A stretch of 64,000 bases of DNA. It comes from Candidatus Falkowbacteria bacterium RIFOXYD12_FULL_34_57. GTDB taxonomy: Bacteria > Patescibacteriota > Patescibacteriia > Patescibacteriales > UBA12075. The DNA is taken from assembly GCA_001780285.1 (NCBI GenBank), contig MFGN01000001.1:22-64021 (forward strand). Reading direction: 5' to 3'. The notes under the pieces are model-generated. The model was given only the letters and a program-made list of their open reading frames with translations. It made no database searches and was not told where the DNA came from. The number at the start of each line of letters is the position of its first letter. Within the stretch, counting starts at the first letter, position 1. Both the position numbers and the translations under genes were made by a program. Below, in pieces: positions 44,966-53,857 of this stretch.

Positions 44966-45427
44966 TTAATTTTGATAATTAAAAATAAATTCTTTCAAAG
45001 ACTCTATTAGGCATTTTTCATTAGGGGCAATATAATCTAATGGTACACTAATCATGGGATTTAATTTTGAATCCAAAAATGCGGCTCTTATATCTGTTTG
45101 CAGCCCTACCAATAATCTGTTTTTATTATTTAATTTTTTGTCTGCATAGGCTATTCCAAGCTCAACACAAGCTCCTTCGTCGGGCACGCGGCCATCCAAA
45201 ACAAACAAAAAAATATTTGATTCTATTATTTTATCCCTGTCCAATTCAAACATTTTGTGGCGGCGCTCTTCTCTTACCATTTTATTATAAGGTGATTTAT
45301 TTTTTTCTACACCATCCCTCTGTGGTAAAAAAACATCAACACCCAAAGCCTCAATTTTTTTTGCAAGAAGTTTATTAAACTCTTTTTCTGTATTATTAAA
45401 TAATGGTCCTGCAAAATATAATAGCAT
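44966..45427 (-). CDS. nucleoside 2-deoxyribosyltransferase-like protein
   Basis: LYFAGPLFN...FLPQRDG...DGRVPDEGACVELGIAY pattern. Confidence 0.7.
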   Translation of the reverse strand: MLLYFAGPLFNNTEKEFNKLLAKKIEALGVDVFLPQRDGVEKNKSPYNKMVREERRHKMFELDRDKIIESNIFLFVLDGRVPDEGACVELGIAYADKKLNNKNRLLVGLQTDIRAAFLDSKLNPMISVPLDYIAPNEKCLIESLKEFIFNYQN

Positions 45428-45499
45428 AATGTTTTAGTTAATTTGTTGATTATTAACTAGGCGCCTAATTCACCAAGTAACTAATCAACTACATATAAA

Positions 45500-45928
45500 T
45501 TATCCGAATATTTTTTTAAACCAGCTAATTTTTTCTTTAACATTCTTAGATTTTTCTAAACTACCATCCCCCACTTTATCAAAAACATCTTCCTGTTTAA
45601 TATTACCGCTCGATATTTTATCCGCTGCCGAATTAATTAAAATCTTTAATCTTTCTATTTCTCTTTCTACTATTTCTCCGTCATATTCCGCATTGTGCAT
45701 GTGTGCGCCCGCGTAGCTAGCTTGTTTTTGATCCAGATGCAGGTTAAAAATAACTTCTGTATCTTTTTTGTCAACATACATGTGGAGCCGAGGATAAAAA
45801 TCACGAGTCAAACGGCGTACAAAGCTTTCGTTTCCGCTTCTCCTGTCCTGAATAAATCCGTAACCCGCCCTTCTCAGAAACTGTTCCGGATTTTCATTTA
45901 TTTGATTTTTATTTATTATTAGCTTCAT
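45500..45928 (-). CDS. conserved hypothetical protein (YPR.H.Y ... HLDQK ... H.H..EYDG motifs)
   Basis: Intact ORF. The His-rich motif set is one I recall from other uncultivated-bacteria proteins, but without a name. Confidence 0.55.
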   Translation of the reverse strand: MKLIINKNQINENPEQFLRRAGYGFIQDRRSGNESFVRRLTRDFYPRLHMYVDKKDTEVIFNLHLDQKQASYAGAHMHNAEYDGEIVEREIERLKILINSAADKISSGNIKQEDVFDKVGDGSLEKSKNVKEKISWFKKIFG

Positions 45929-45935
45929 TTTTTAT

Positions 45936-45964
45936 TTGTTATCTTAATTTTTTTATGATATAAT
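45936..45964 (+). promoter_or_regulatory. promoter TTGTTA-N17-TGaTATAAT (extended -10)
   Basis: Read directly from the sequence, upstream of the ZIP transporter gene. Confidence 0.6.
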
Positions 45965-46008
45965 ACAGTCAAAGATTATACTATTTTAAAAATTAAGTCA
46001 ATTTATTT

Positions 46009-46755
46009 ATGAGTTATTTTTACATTTTTACCAGTCTGCTAATTGTTTCTTTAGTATCTTTTGTGGGGATATTTTTTATTTCTCTAAGAGATAATGTGCT
46101 AAAAAAAATAACAATTTATCTGGTAAGCCTCTCTGCCGGCACGCTTCTCGGTGGTAGTTTCATTCATTTATTGCCGGAAGTGTTATCTGAAAATAATTTT
46201 CAAATTAGCATACTATACTGGGTGCTATTTGGAATAATAATATTTTTTATTTTAGAGAAAATTATCTGCTGGCGCCATTGCCATATTCCCACCTCCGAAA
46301 ACCATCCTCATCCAGTAGGAATCATGAATCTTGTCGGAGACGCTTTTCATAATTTTCTAGACGGCATATTGGTTGCCGGAGCTTTTATGGTTAACACTCA
46401 AATGGGAATTGCTACTACTATCGCCGTCATTACCCATGAAATACCGCAGGAAATCGGTGATTTTGGAGTATTGATTCACGCCGGGTTTAATCGTACCAGA
46501 GCTCTATTTTACAATTTCTTGTCTGCCCTATCTGCCATGATCGGGGCGCTTGTTACAATCTTTTTAGGGAAATATGTGGAAGATGTGAACTTTTATATTA
46601 TTTCGCTCGCAGCCGGCGGATTTATTTATATTGCCACCGCCGACCTGATACCAGAATTAAAAAAAGAAGTGAAACCATTCGGATCTATTGCACAACTCGC
46701 TGTTATCCTAATCGGAATCGTAATAATGGCCGGACTAAAAATGCTATTTGAATAA
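46009..46755 (+). CDS. zupT: ZIP-family divalent metal transporter (ZupT-like)
   Basis: HNFLDG and the HEIPQEIGDFGVLI signature, with about 8 TM segments. Confidence 0.9.
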   Translation: MSYFYIFTSLLIVSLVSFVGIFFISLRDNVLKKITIYLVSLSAGTLLGGSFIHLLPEVLSENNFQISILYWVLFGIIIFFILEKIICWRHCHIPTSENHPHPVGIMNLVGDAFHNFLDGILVAGAFMVNTQMGIATTIAVITHEIPQEIGDFGVLIHAGFNRTRALFYNFLSALSAMIGALVTIFLGKYVEDVNFYIISLAAGGFIYIATADLIPELKKEVKPFGSIAQLAVILIGIVIMAGLKMLFE

Positions 46756-46763
46756 TAAACTTT

Positions 46764-47531
46764 TTATTTTTTAACTCCACTTACTATAAATCCCGTACCC
46801 AACCACCTCAAGTTTCCTTTATAAAATTTTTCAAAGAATTTACTGATAGGCACTGTTAAAAATGGAAGGTATTTATCTATTGGAAATGGCAGAATTTGAA
46901 AATTATAATAAAAAGTATCACCTACCCTAAAACCAATATTTTGCATTGATTCTTTATATTCTTCTTCTCTGTATTCTCTGTGATCCAATCCATGGCGCTC
47001 TCCTCCTAAAAACATTTTTACAACTTTTGACAAATTCTTTATAACAAACTTATTCCATATTCGATATGGACTTTTTTTATTGGGCAAAGTAATAATGGCT
47101 ACACCGCCGGGTCTTAAAACCCTATACATCTCTTTTAGCGCTCCATAATCATCATCTAAATACTCCACCACCCCCATACAAATTATAATATCAAAAAATC
47201 CATCAGGAAATCCTATTTTTTCTACCCTGCCCACAGAGAAATGCACATTATCCAAATTGCCATATTTTTCAAGGCATTTATCAATCATGTCCTGAGCCAA
47301 ATCTACCCCATAAAAATCATAATCTTTAGCCTTAAAACCATCAACCATCACCCCTGGACCGCACCCCACATCCAAAACTTTTCCCTTTTTATCACCCACC
47401 AACTCAAAAACCCTCTGTCTGCGCATATTAAATGAATGCGCCGTACTGTTCATGCCTTTGTATCTGTTATCATAACGAGGGGCTTCATCATTAAATTTTT
47501 TAACTACTTTTTTTTCTTTACCACTCTCCAT
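46764..47531 (-). CDS. class I SAM-dependent methyltransferase
   Basis: Motif I VLDVGCGPGVMV and post-I DLAQDM. Confidence 0.85.
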   Translation of the reverse strand: MESGKEKKVVKKFNDEAPRYDNRYKGMNSTAHSFNMRRQRVFELVGDKKGKVLDVGCGPGVMVDGFKAKDYDFYGVDLAQDMIDKCLEKYGNLDNVHFSVGRVEKIGFPDGFFDIIICMGVVEYLDDDYGALKEMYRVLRPGGVAIITLPNKKSPYRIWNKFVIKNLSKVVKMFLGGERHGLDHREYREEEYKESMQNIGFRVGDTFYYNFQILPFPIDKYLPFLTVPISKFFEKFYKGNLRWLGTGFIVSGVKK

Positions 47532-47633
47532 ATATTTTTTGTTATTAAATTTATAAATTTTATCTTTCTAATTTTGTTAAATTTTTGTTTAAGGCGGACT
47601 TTAAAAATTAAATAAAATCCAACAAACAAGCAA

Positions 47634-48653
47634 CTATATTAAATTCTTTATTTTATTTAAGAATGACGAAATACCGGAAAGTATTATTTTAAATTCTACA
47701 AGATCATCTCTATTGCTTACCGGATATCTTTTTAGTTTATAAAGATTTGTGTCCGGATTATTCTTACCAGCAACTGTCGTTAGGGCGCATTTATAATTTA
47801 TTCTTTTCAAGCACCCCACAACCTCCTCGCTAAAATCTTCCGGCTGCCCATTGGGATATGCAAAATCATTACACTTTATTCCAATTTCTCTTTCTAATAA
47901 GTTCTTAGAAAATAATAATTCATTTTTTATTTGTTTCTTATTGCATTGAGACAAAATCGGATGAGTGTGGGTATGGCTGCCAAAATTAACTAATCCGCTT
48001 TGTTTCATTTCTTTTATTTTATTCCATGATAATGGTCTATATATATCGGGTGCATTATTAGAATTTAATTTCGCGCCCAATTCATTTTCTATACCCTCCA
48101 GAATCACCATTCTCTTACCAGGCTTAATCTTTTTTAATTTTGATTTAATGCTTCGTACACAATCTAATTTAGTGTTCGTATCTGATAAAATATATTTATT
48201 ATTATCAATATTCAATTTTTCTTCCTTGGTATTATTAATAGCATATTCCAATCTATCTACCCACAAAAATTTTTGTTCATCTACAAAAGAAGTGGTCAAA
48301 AAGATGGTTGCTGGCGCTCTCAATTTCTTAATTATTGGATATGCCAAACTGTAATTTGAATTATAACCATCGTCTATTGTTAAAACAATTGAGTTCTTCG
48401 GTATTTTTTTCTTATTCTTAATAATATCAACCGCCTTCTTTAATGAAATAATATTATAATCTTTTTGTAGATATTGTAACTGCTTTTCAAACGCGCTTTT
48501 AGGAATATGGAAGCCTAAATAATTTTCCACTCCTCTGTGGTCATGATCAGTAAAGCCATGATACATAAGAATTATGATCGTATTCCTATTGACATACTGA
48601 AATAATCTATGTATCTTCAAAAAAATTAATACTTTATATAAAACAATCTTCAT
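47634..48653 (-). CDS. polysaccharide deacetylase (NodB homology domain) with an N-terminal TM segment
   Basis: LTIDDGYNSNY, FGSHTHTHP and YPNG motifs. There is an ATGA overlap with the upstream GT gene. Confidence 0.85.
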   Translation of the reverse strand: MKIVLYKVLIFLKIHRLFQYVNRNTIIILMYHGFTDHDHRGVENYLGFHIPKSAFEKQLQYLQKDYNIISLKKAVDIIKNKKKIPKNSIVLTIDDGYNSNYSLAYPIIKKLRAPATIFLTTSFVDEQKFLWVDRLEYAINNTKEEKLNIDNNKYILSDTNTKLDCVRSIKSKLKKIKPGKRMVILEGIENELGAKLNSNNAPDIYRPLSWNKIKEMKQSGLVNFGSHTHTHPILSQCNKKQIKNELLFSKNLLEREIGIKCNDFAYPNGQPEDFSEEVVGCLKRINYKCALTTVAGKNNPDTNLYKLKRYPVSNRDDLVEFKIILSGISSFLNKIKNLI

Positions 48654-49768
48654 ATTCTTGCCTTAGCAAAACTTTTCTTATGCATCCTTAATGTTTCTTC
48701 TTTTGTCGGCATGCCCAAAACGGACTTTCTGGCATTTTTGCCGAGATACATCCTCATACCTTCGTCATCCATCAATTTTTTCATGGCTGCTTCCAAAGCT
48801 TCGCCGTCATTAACAGGAACTACCATGCCGTTCTTGCCGTTGATTATCAACTCCCCAGCAGAACCCACATCGGTCATAATAACCGGTAAACCATAACCGG
48901 CCGCTTCCATAATAGACACCGGCCATCCCTCAGAATGTGATGTCAATAAAAATACATCGGCCCGTTTATATATTGAAGCTATATCATTTTGCCACCCTAA
49001 AAATTTAATATTTATTTCTATGTTTAATTCTTTTGCCAAATTTTTCAAATTATTTTCCAACCCCCCCTCTCCCACAATCCACAACTCAACATCTTTTCTG
49101 GCTTTTAAAATCTCCGCCATGGCCCCGATTTGCATGGCAATATTTTTTACCGGCACCAATCTTCCAACTGTTAAAAATACAAACTTATCCGAAGAATTTT
49201 TGGACACTTGGTGTCCTATAGGGCATCGGGTGTCTAAAAATTCTTCTGGTTTAAAAAACACCGGCACTATCGTAATTTTTTCTTCTTTTACGCCAAATTC
49301 TTGTATTAATCTATTCTTAAGTCGTTTACTTACGGTTCTTACCGCGCTGGCTCGGGGAAAAATAAACTTAGCAATTAATTTTCTTATTCCAGAAAATTTT
49401 TCAAATCCATGATTTTGAATTTCTAAACCAATCTTAAACTTTTTAGATAAAAGCCAGGCTACAAATCCCAGATAATATTGGTCTTGAACGGTAATAATAT
49501 TATATTTTTCATTTTGCAATATTTTTCCAGCCTTAACATAAACCTTGAATAGTTTAAATATTTTATTCTTGCCAACCACGCCGAAAACAGTTACCTTCTC
49601 CGATAAGTCAACTTTTGCTTCCTTTTCTGCCGGCGTGATAATGGTGTATTTATCCACTAAATCCCCATAATCAATAACCCTGCGGGCTATCCTGGAATCT
49701 TTATCCAAAGTGCTGGCGTCCGTGCCTATGCTTAAAATTTTAAATTTCTGATTATCCATAACATTCAC
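48650..49768 (-). CDS. glycosyltransferase family 4 (GT-B)
   Basis: Contains EGWPVSIMEAAGYGLPVIMTDVGSAGELI (EX7E region). Confidence 0.9.
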   Translation of the reverse strand: MNVMDNQKFKILSIGTDASTLDKDSRIARRVIDYGDLVDKYTIITPAEKEAKVDLSEKVTVFGVVGKNKIFKLFKVYVKAGKILQNEKYNIITVQDQYYLGFVAWLLSKKFKIGLEIQNHGFEKFSGIRKLIAKFIFPRASAVRTVSKRLKNRLIQEFGVKEEKITIVPVFFKPEEFLDTRCPIGHQVSKNSSDKFVFLTVGRLVPVKNIAMQIGAMAEILKARKDVELWIVGEGGLENNLKNLAKELNIEINIKFLGWQNDIASIYKRADVFLLTSHSEGWPVSIMEAAGYGLPVIMTDVGSAGELIINGKNGMVVPVNDGEALEAAMKKLMDDEGMRMYLGKNARKSVLGMPTKEETLRMHKKSFAKARI

Positions 49769-49954
49769 CCCCCAACACTCCCCAATATTTTTAATAATTT
49801 ATTTTTATTAAATTTACTCGCTTGAAGCGGAGTAAAAATTCAAATAAACTATTATTATCATCGAGCAAACATAAATCATAACAACAAATAATTTACTTTG
49901 GGGGAGCTGAGCTTAAATTTAGTAAAAATAAATTATTAAAAATAATAACCACCG

Positions 49955-50998
49955 CTATTCTATATTTCCGCATTTCTTGCAAAGCGGGAATTTTCTGTTG
50001 TACGCAGCATCTCTTAATTTTTTATTCTTTGCCAAATTCCACATCTTCCTTAAATCCATCTTATCCATTTCTCCGTACACATAATCCCCGTAAAGATCAA
50101 AGCAGCACATTACCGCCCGGCCGTCGGCCAAAACCGTAAAAACCCTTTTTACATCTGCGCATTTTTTATATTCAAGCTTTGGTTTCAGTCCATGCTCATC
50201 TTTTTTGTAAACAATCGCCTCGTCCTCAATATCCTTATCCGCAAAAAACTGTTCTGATAAATTTTGTATTTCTTCTTCGTTATAAGCATATCCGCTTAAG
50301 ATAAAAGGCTTAATATATAATTTGTCTATTTTATTAATTCCGGCAAAATCTTTAATATTCTGCACCTCATCCTGATTCAGCTTGTTTAAAATAAACTGCA
50401 AAGTGGCGATCGGCCTTTTTTTCTTCAGTTCCTGCTTGCGTCGGCAAAAATATTCAATATTCTTTTTTACCGTCTCAAAATTGCCACCGCGCCTGAATTT
50501 TTCAAATGGTTCTTTTTTTAGACTATCCAAAGCAAAACGAATTTCTCCCAATCCGGAGTTGAGTAATTTTTCCGTCATTTTTTCATCCAATAAGGAGCAG
50601 TTAGTAGAAAGCATGGTATGCAAATTATTATCCGACGCGTATTTTGCCATCTCCACGATATCCGGATGTAAAAGCGGCTCATTGGAATTATAAATATAAA
50701 CTATATGCACATAATCCTTTACATTATCAATAATGCGCTTATATTTTTCCAGATTCATATATTCCGGCTGGCGCTTTTGAAAAATCAAGCGGTGAGGAGT
50801 CGGACATGTCGGGCAATTAAAATTACAGGTGTTGGATGTTTCAATGATAACCGCATAAGGCATTTTAAAAACAACATGCTTAAACATAGCCATAAACAGA
50901 TGCCAAACTTTTTTATGCTCCCCATTCCAAAGATTGTACCAAACAAACCACTTAAAAACCTGTAATGTGTATTTAATTTTTTTTATATATTTTTTCAT
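49955..50998 (-). CDS. radical SAM protein with a C-terminal SPASM-like Cys cluster
   Basis: CNFNCPTC (CX3CX2C) and a C-terminal CCFD...CKKCGN. There is an ATGA overlap with the upstream GtrA-GT gene. Confidence 0.85.
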   Translation of the reverse strand: MKKYIKKIKYTLQVFKWFVWYNLWNGEHKKVWHLFMAMFKHVVFKMPYAVIIETSNTCNFNCPTCPTPHRLIFQKRQPEYMNLEKYKRIIDNVKDYVHIVYIYNSNEPLLHPDIVEMAKYASDNNLHTMLSTNCSLLDEKMTEKLLNSGLGEIRFALDSLKKEPFEKFRRGGNFETVKKNIEYFCRRKQELKKKRPIATLQFILNKLNQDEVQNIKDFAGINKIDKLYIKPFILSGYAYNEEEIQNLSEQFFADKDIEDEAIVYKKDEHGLKPKLEYKKCADVKRVFTVLADGRAVMCCFDLYGDYVYGEMDKMDLRKMWNLAKNKKLRDAAYNRKFPLCKKCGNIE

Positions 50999-52665
50999 AT
51001 TAATGAATCAAAGACTTGTAAATGCGCATCTATAATCTTTTCTTTTTCCCAAAAAATATTACTCATCACATCATTGTCGGCTAAATTATCGTTTTTATTT
51101 GCCAAGAAATATTCAATAGCTTTTTCTATTTTCTTTTTCATGTCATCAACGCTCAGAGGATCGATATAAAAAATCTTATCGCTTTTAATGCCCAGATATC
51201 CCAACTCGCTTTCCTTGGTGTGGATTATGACCTTGCCCATCTTCAGGCCCTCGGCAATAAAATTGGAATTGATTTCAGTCAGCGACGGCAGCACCAAAAT
51301 ATCGCTTTCTATAATTTTTTTCATTAAGTCCCCGTGCTTCATGGGGCCGAATATTTTTATTCTTTTTTCCAGCTTATTGAATTTAATATATTTTTTTATT
51401 TCTCTTTCTTCCGGCCCCCCTCCTATCATTTCCAAAACTATATTCTGATGGTATTTCTTATAATCAATTTCGGCAAAAGATTCCACGAAATTTTTCAAAT
51501 TGCGGATTTTTATCATTCTGCCGGCAAAAACAAGTTTTATTTTATTTTTATCTTTATTGATTGCGCAAATATTCGTAAAATCCGGCTCTATATTTTTTAT
51601 TATTACTGTCTTGTTTTTATGAATAAGCCTGCGGCTGTTTAAATAAATATCTCGCAAAAATTGGGAATTAAAAATTATTTTATTGCTTTTAAGCAAAACA
51701 AAATTATTAATACTATAAATTATTTTTTCCCATAAATTAAAATTTTTTTTATTGTAATATTCCCGTAAGGTGCTGTCGGCATAGCCTTTCTGCGAGGCTT
51801 GTTCCCACTGATAATCTCCGCCTAATCTGGTTACCAATCTCAATTTAGGATTTAATAATTTAACCAAGGCGCACGGAAAACCTGTACTTATAGCATCAAA
51901 ACTATAAACGATATCAGCCTTTGAACTTAAAAAAAACATTTTCCAAAAATATTTTATATAGCGCAATAACAAGTTTTGATGTTTAGCTACGGTATAAATT
52001 TTAAATTCCGAATTATCAATCTTCTTGCCATATGTCAATATTTTCACATTATATCCGTTATCAGCAAATTCCCTGGCAAAAGAACTGGCATAGGTGGCCG
52101 GCCCGCTGATATCGGGCGGGAAGCTTCCCGCGGCCATAACAATCTTAAAGCTCTTATCAGATGTTTTTCTGAATTTTCTGCATTTTCTGAAAATAATAAA
52201 TTTATAAATCAAGAAACTACCAACCCCCAGCATGCCCGCAATGAATCCTTGGACAAAAACATACCAAATTTTATATTTATCTATCAAAGATATTAAAGGG
52301 TGCAACAATCTGCTTTGGCTAAAAATATTTTTAACTATTGGCCAGGTATCGTATTTTTCTATTAATAAATAAATCAAGCCGGCATTAATGCTTAAGTTAA
52401 TAAGCCCGACTATTAAATACAAAATCATTTGCCCGCTCATTCTTTCTTTGTCGTTATCGCTGAATGTCCAGAATTTCTGCAGGCAAAAACTCACAAAAAA
52501 AGCTATGGCATAAGCGATAGTAGCGGATAATACCACGTTAACCAATAAAACGCTGTGGAGGAAATAAATACAAAAAAAGTCCACTCCGGCGGCGGTCATT
52601 CCGGAAATTATGAACTTAATCGGAGTTTTATGTTTTTGAAATTGACAATAAATCAACTGAACCAT
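50995..52665 (-). CDS. GtrA-like 4-TM domain fused to a GT-B glycosyltransferase
   Basis: N-terminal FIISGMTAAGVDFFCIYFL and further TM segments. A GT-B starts at FKIVMAAGSFPPDISGPATYA and ends with LPSLTEINSNFIAEGLKMGKVII. Confidence 0.8.
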   Translation of the reverse strand: MVQLIYCQFQKHKTPIKFIISGMTAAGVDFFCIYFLHSVLLVNVVLSATIAYAIAFFVSFCLQKFWTFSDNDKERMSGQMILYLIVGLINLSINAGLIYLLIEKYDTWPIVKNIFSQSRLLHPLISLIDKYKIWYVFVQGFIAGMLGVGSFLIYKFIIFRKCRKFRKTSDKSFKIVMAAGSFPPDISGPATYASSFAREFADNGYNVKILTYGKKIDNSEFKIYTVAKHQNLLLRYIKYFWKMFFLSSKADIVYSFDAISTGFPCALVKLLNPKLRLVTRLGGDYQWEQASQKGYADSTLREYYNKKNFNLWEKIIYSINNFVLLKSNKIIFNSQFLRDIYLNSRRLIHKNKTVIIKNIEPDFTNICAINKDKNKIKLVFAGRMIKIRNLKNFVESFAEIDYKKYHQNIVLEMIGGGPEEREIKKYIKFNKLEKRIKIFGPMKHGDLMKKIIESDILVLPSLTEINSNFIAEGLKMGKVIIHTKESELGYLGIKSDKIFYIDPLSVDDMKKKIEKAIEYFLANKNDNLADNDVMSNIFWEKEKIIDAHLQVFDSLI

Positions 52666-52672
52666 TGATTTT

Positions 52673-52703
52673 GTATTAAGTGTATAGTATTAAGTATTAA
52701 GTG
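52673..52703. repeat. short tandem/dispersed TATTAAG words in a gene leader
   Basis: gTATTAAGtgtatagTATTAAGTATTAAGtg lies 8 nt upstream of ATG 52665. Confidence 0.6.
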
Positions 52704-52720
52704 AAAATTAACAACACCGC

Positions 52721-53818
52721 TTATCCTTCATAAATATTTTCAATATCTTTTATAATTTTGTTCCAATCAAATCTTTTAACAGATTCTTTGGCATTTTTCA
52801 CAAGTTTATTTCGTAGATCGGTATCTTTAAGAAGTTTAATAAGCGCCCCGGCAATTTGTTCGGAATTTTTCGGCTCAATCAACAATCCTGTTTTCTGATC
52901 ATCTATAACTTCTGGTATCCCCCCTACATTTGTACCAATAATTGGTCTGCCGCATAATTGAGCTTCAATAAACGCAATTCCCAGCCCCTCGGCCAATGAA
53001 GGACATATAACCACTTCTGATTTTTTGAACTCTTTCATATATTCATCATGAGGAATGGTAAGTTTAAGCTCTACTGAATCCTCTATATTTAAATCCTTAA
53101 TAATTTTAAAAGCCTCTTCCCTCATGTCGCCGTCACCAACCTGAACCAATTTAGCTCCGGGTATTTCCTTAAGCACCAATGGCCAGGCTTGCAACATATA
53201 ATAAGCGCCCTTTTCCCGTGATAACCTACCGGCAAAAAATACTCTATTTGATATAGATTTTACTTCGGATGGAATATTAGAAAAATCTGCTCCATTTGGA
53301 ATAACTTTAATCTTATCCGGATCAGTGCCTAAATCTACAGAACATTTTTTTAAAAACCTGCTAATAGCCGTTATTACATGCGGTGATTTGTGAATGGTTT
53401 TCATTATAAATTTAAACAAAAAATTATCCATTTTTTCCGATGTATATAAATCACCTGATTGCAAAGTTAAAATTCTTTTGGCTTGCGGATACAAATATTT
53501 TAAGATCACCAGAACAGCTCCGGCATAACTCTCCATTATTGCATGTATAATATCCGGTTTAATAGATTGGGCTTTAAAAGCTGCCAAAACTGGATATAAA
53601 AATTTATCAATTTTTTTATGCCCAATACCCAAACGAATTATTTTAAAATTTTTTCGTTCTTCTATAAAAGGTAAATTTTCATCAAAACGACCGGTTAACA
53701 AAACAGTTTCATAATTACTTCCCAATCTTTCTAACACCTCCCTAACCATTTGTTCTGCTCCGCTCATATACGGCTCGTAAAAAGCAGATAATACGACTAA
53801 CTTTTTATTTTTAGACAT
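52721..53818 (-). CDS. glycosyltransferase family 4 (GT-B)
   Basis: Contains EGLGIAFIEAQLCGRPIIGTNVGGIPEVI. Confidence 0.9.
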   Translation of the reverse strand: MSKNKKLVVLSAFYEPYMSGAEQMVREVLERLGSNYETVLLTGRFDENLPFIEERKNFKIIRLGIGHKKIDKFLYPVLAAFKAQSIKPDIIHAIMESYAGAVLVILKYLYPQAKRILTLQSGDLYTSEKMDNFLFKFIMKTIHKSPHVITAISRFLKKCSVDLGTDPDKIKVIPNGADFSNIPSEVKSISNRVFFAGRLSREKGAYYMLQAWPLVLKEIPGAKLVQVGDGDMREEAFKIIKDLNIEDSVELKLTIPHDEYMKEFKKSEVVICPSLAEGLGIAFIEAQLCGRPIIGTNVGGIPEVIDDQKTGLLIEPKNSEQIAGALIKLLKDTDLRNKLVKNAKESVKRFDWNKIIKDIENIYEG

Positions 53819-53857
53819 AAAGATTTATTCTTAAATCTTAAACCTTGGCTCTTTGAT

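Noticed and set aside
49769-49954. Search for a RiPP precursor peptide next to the radical SAM/SPASM gene.
   Set aside because: The longest ORF in the gap is about 10 codons without an RBS, so there is no support.
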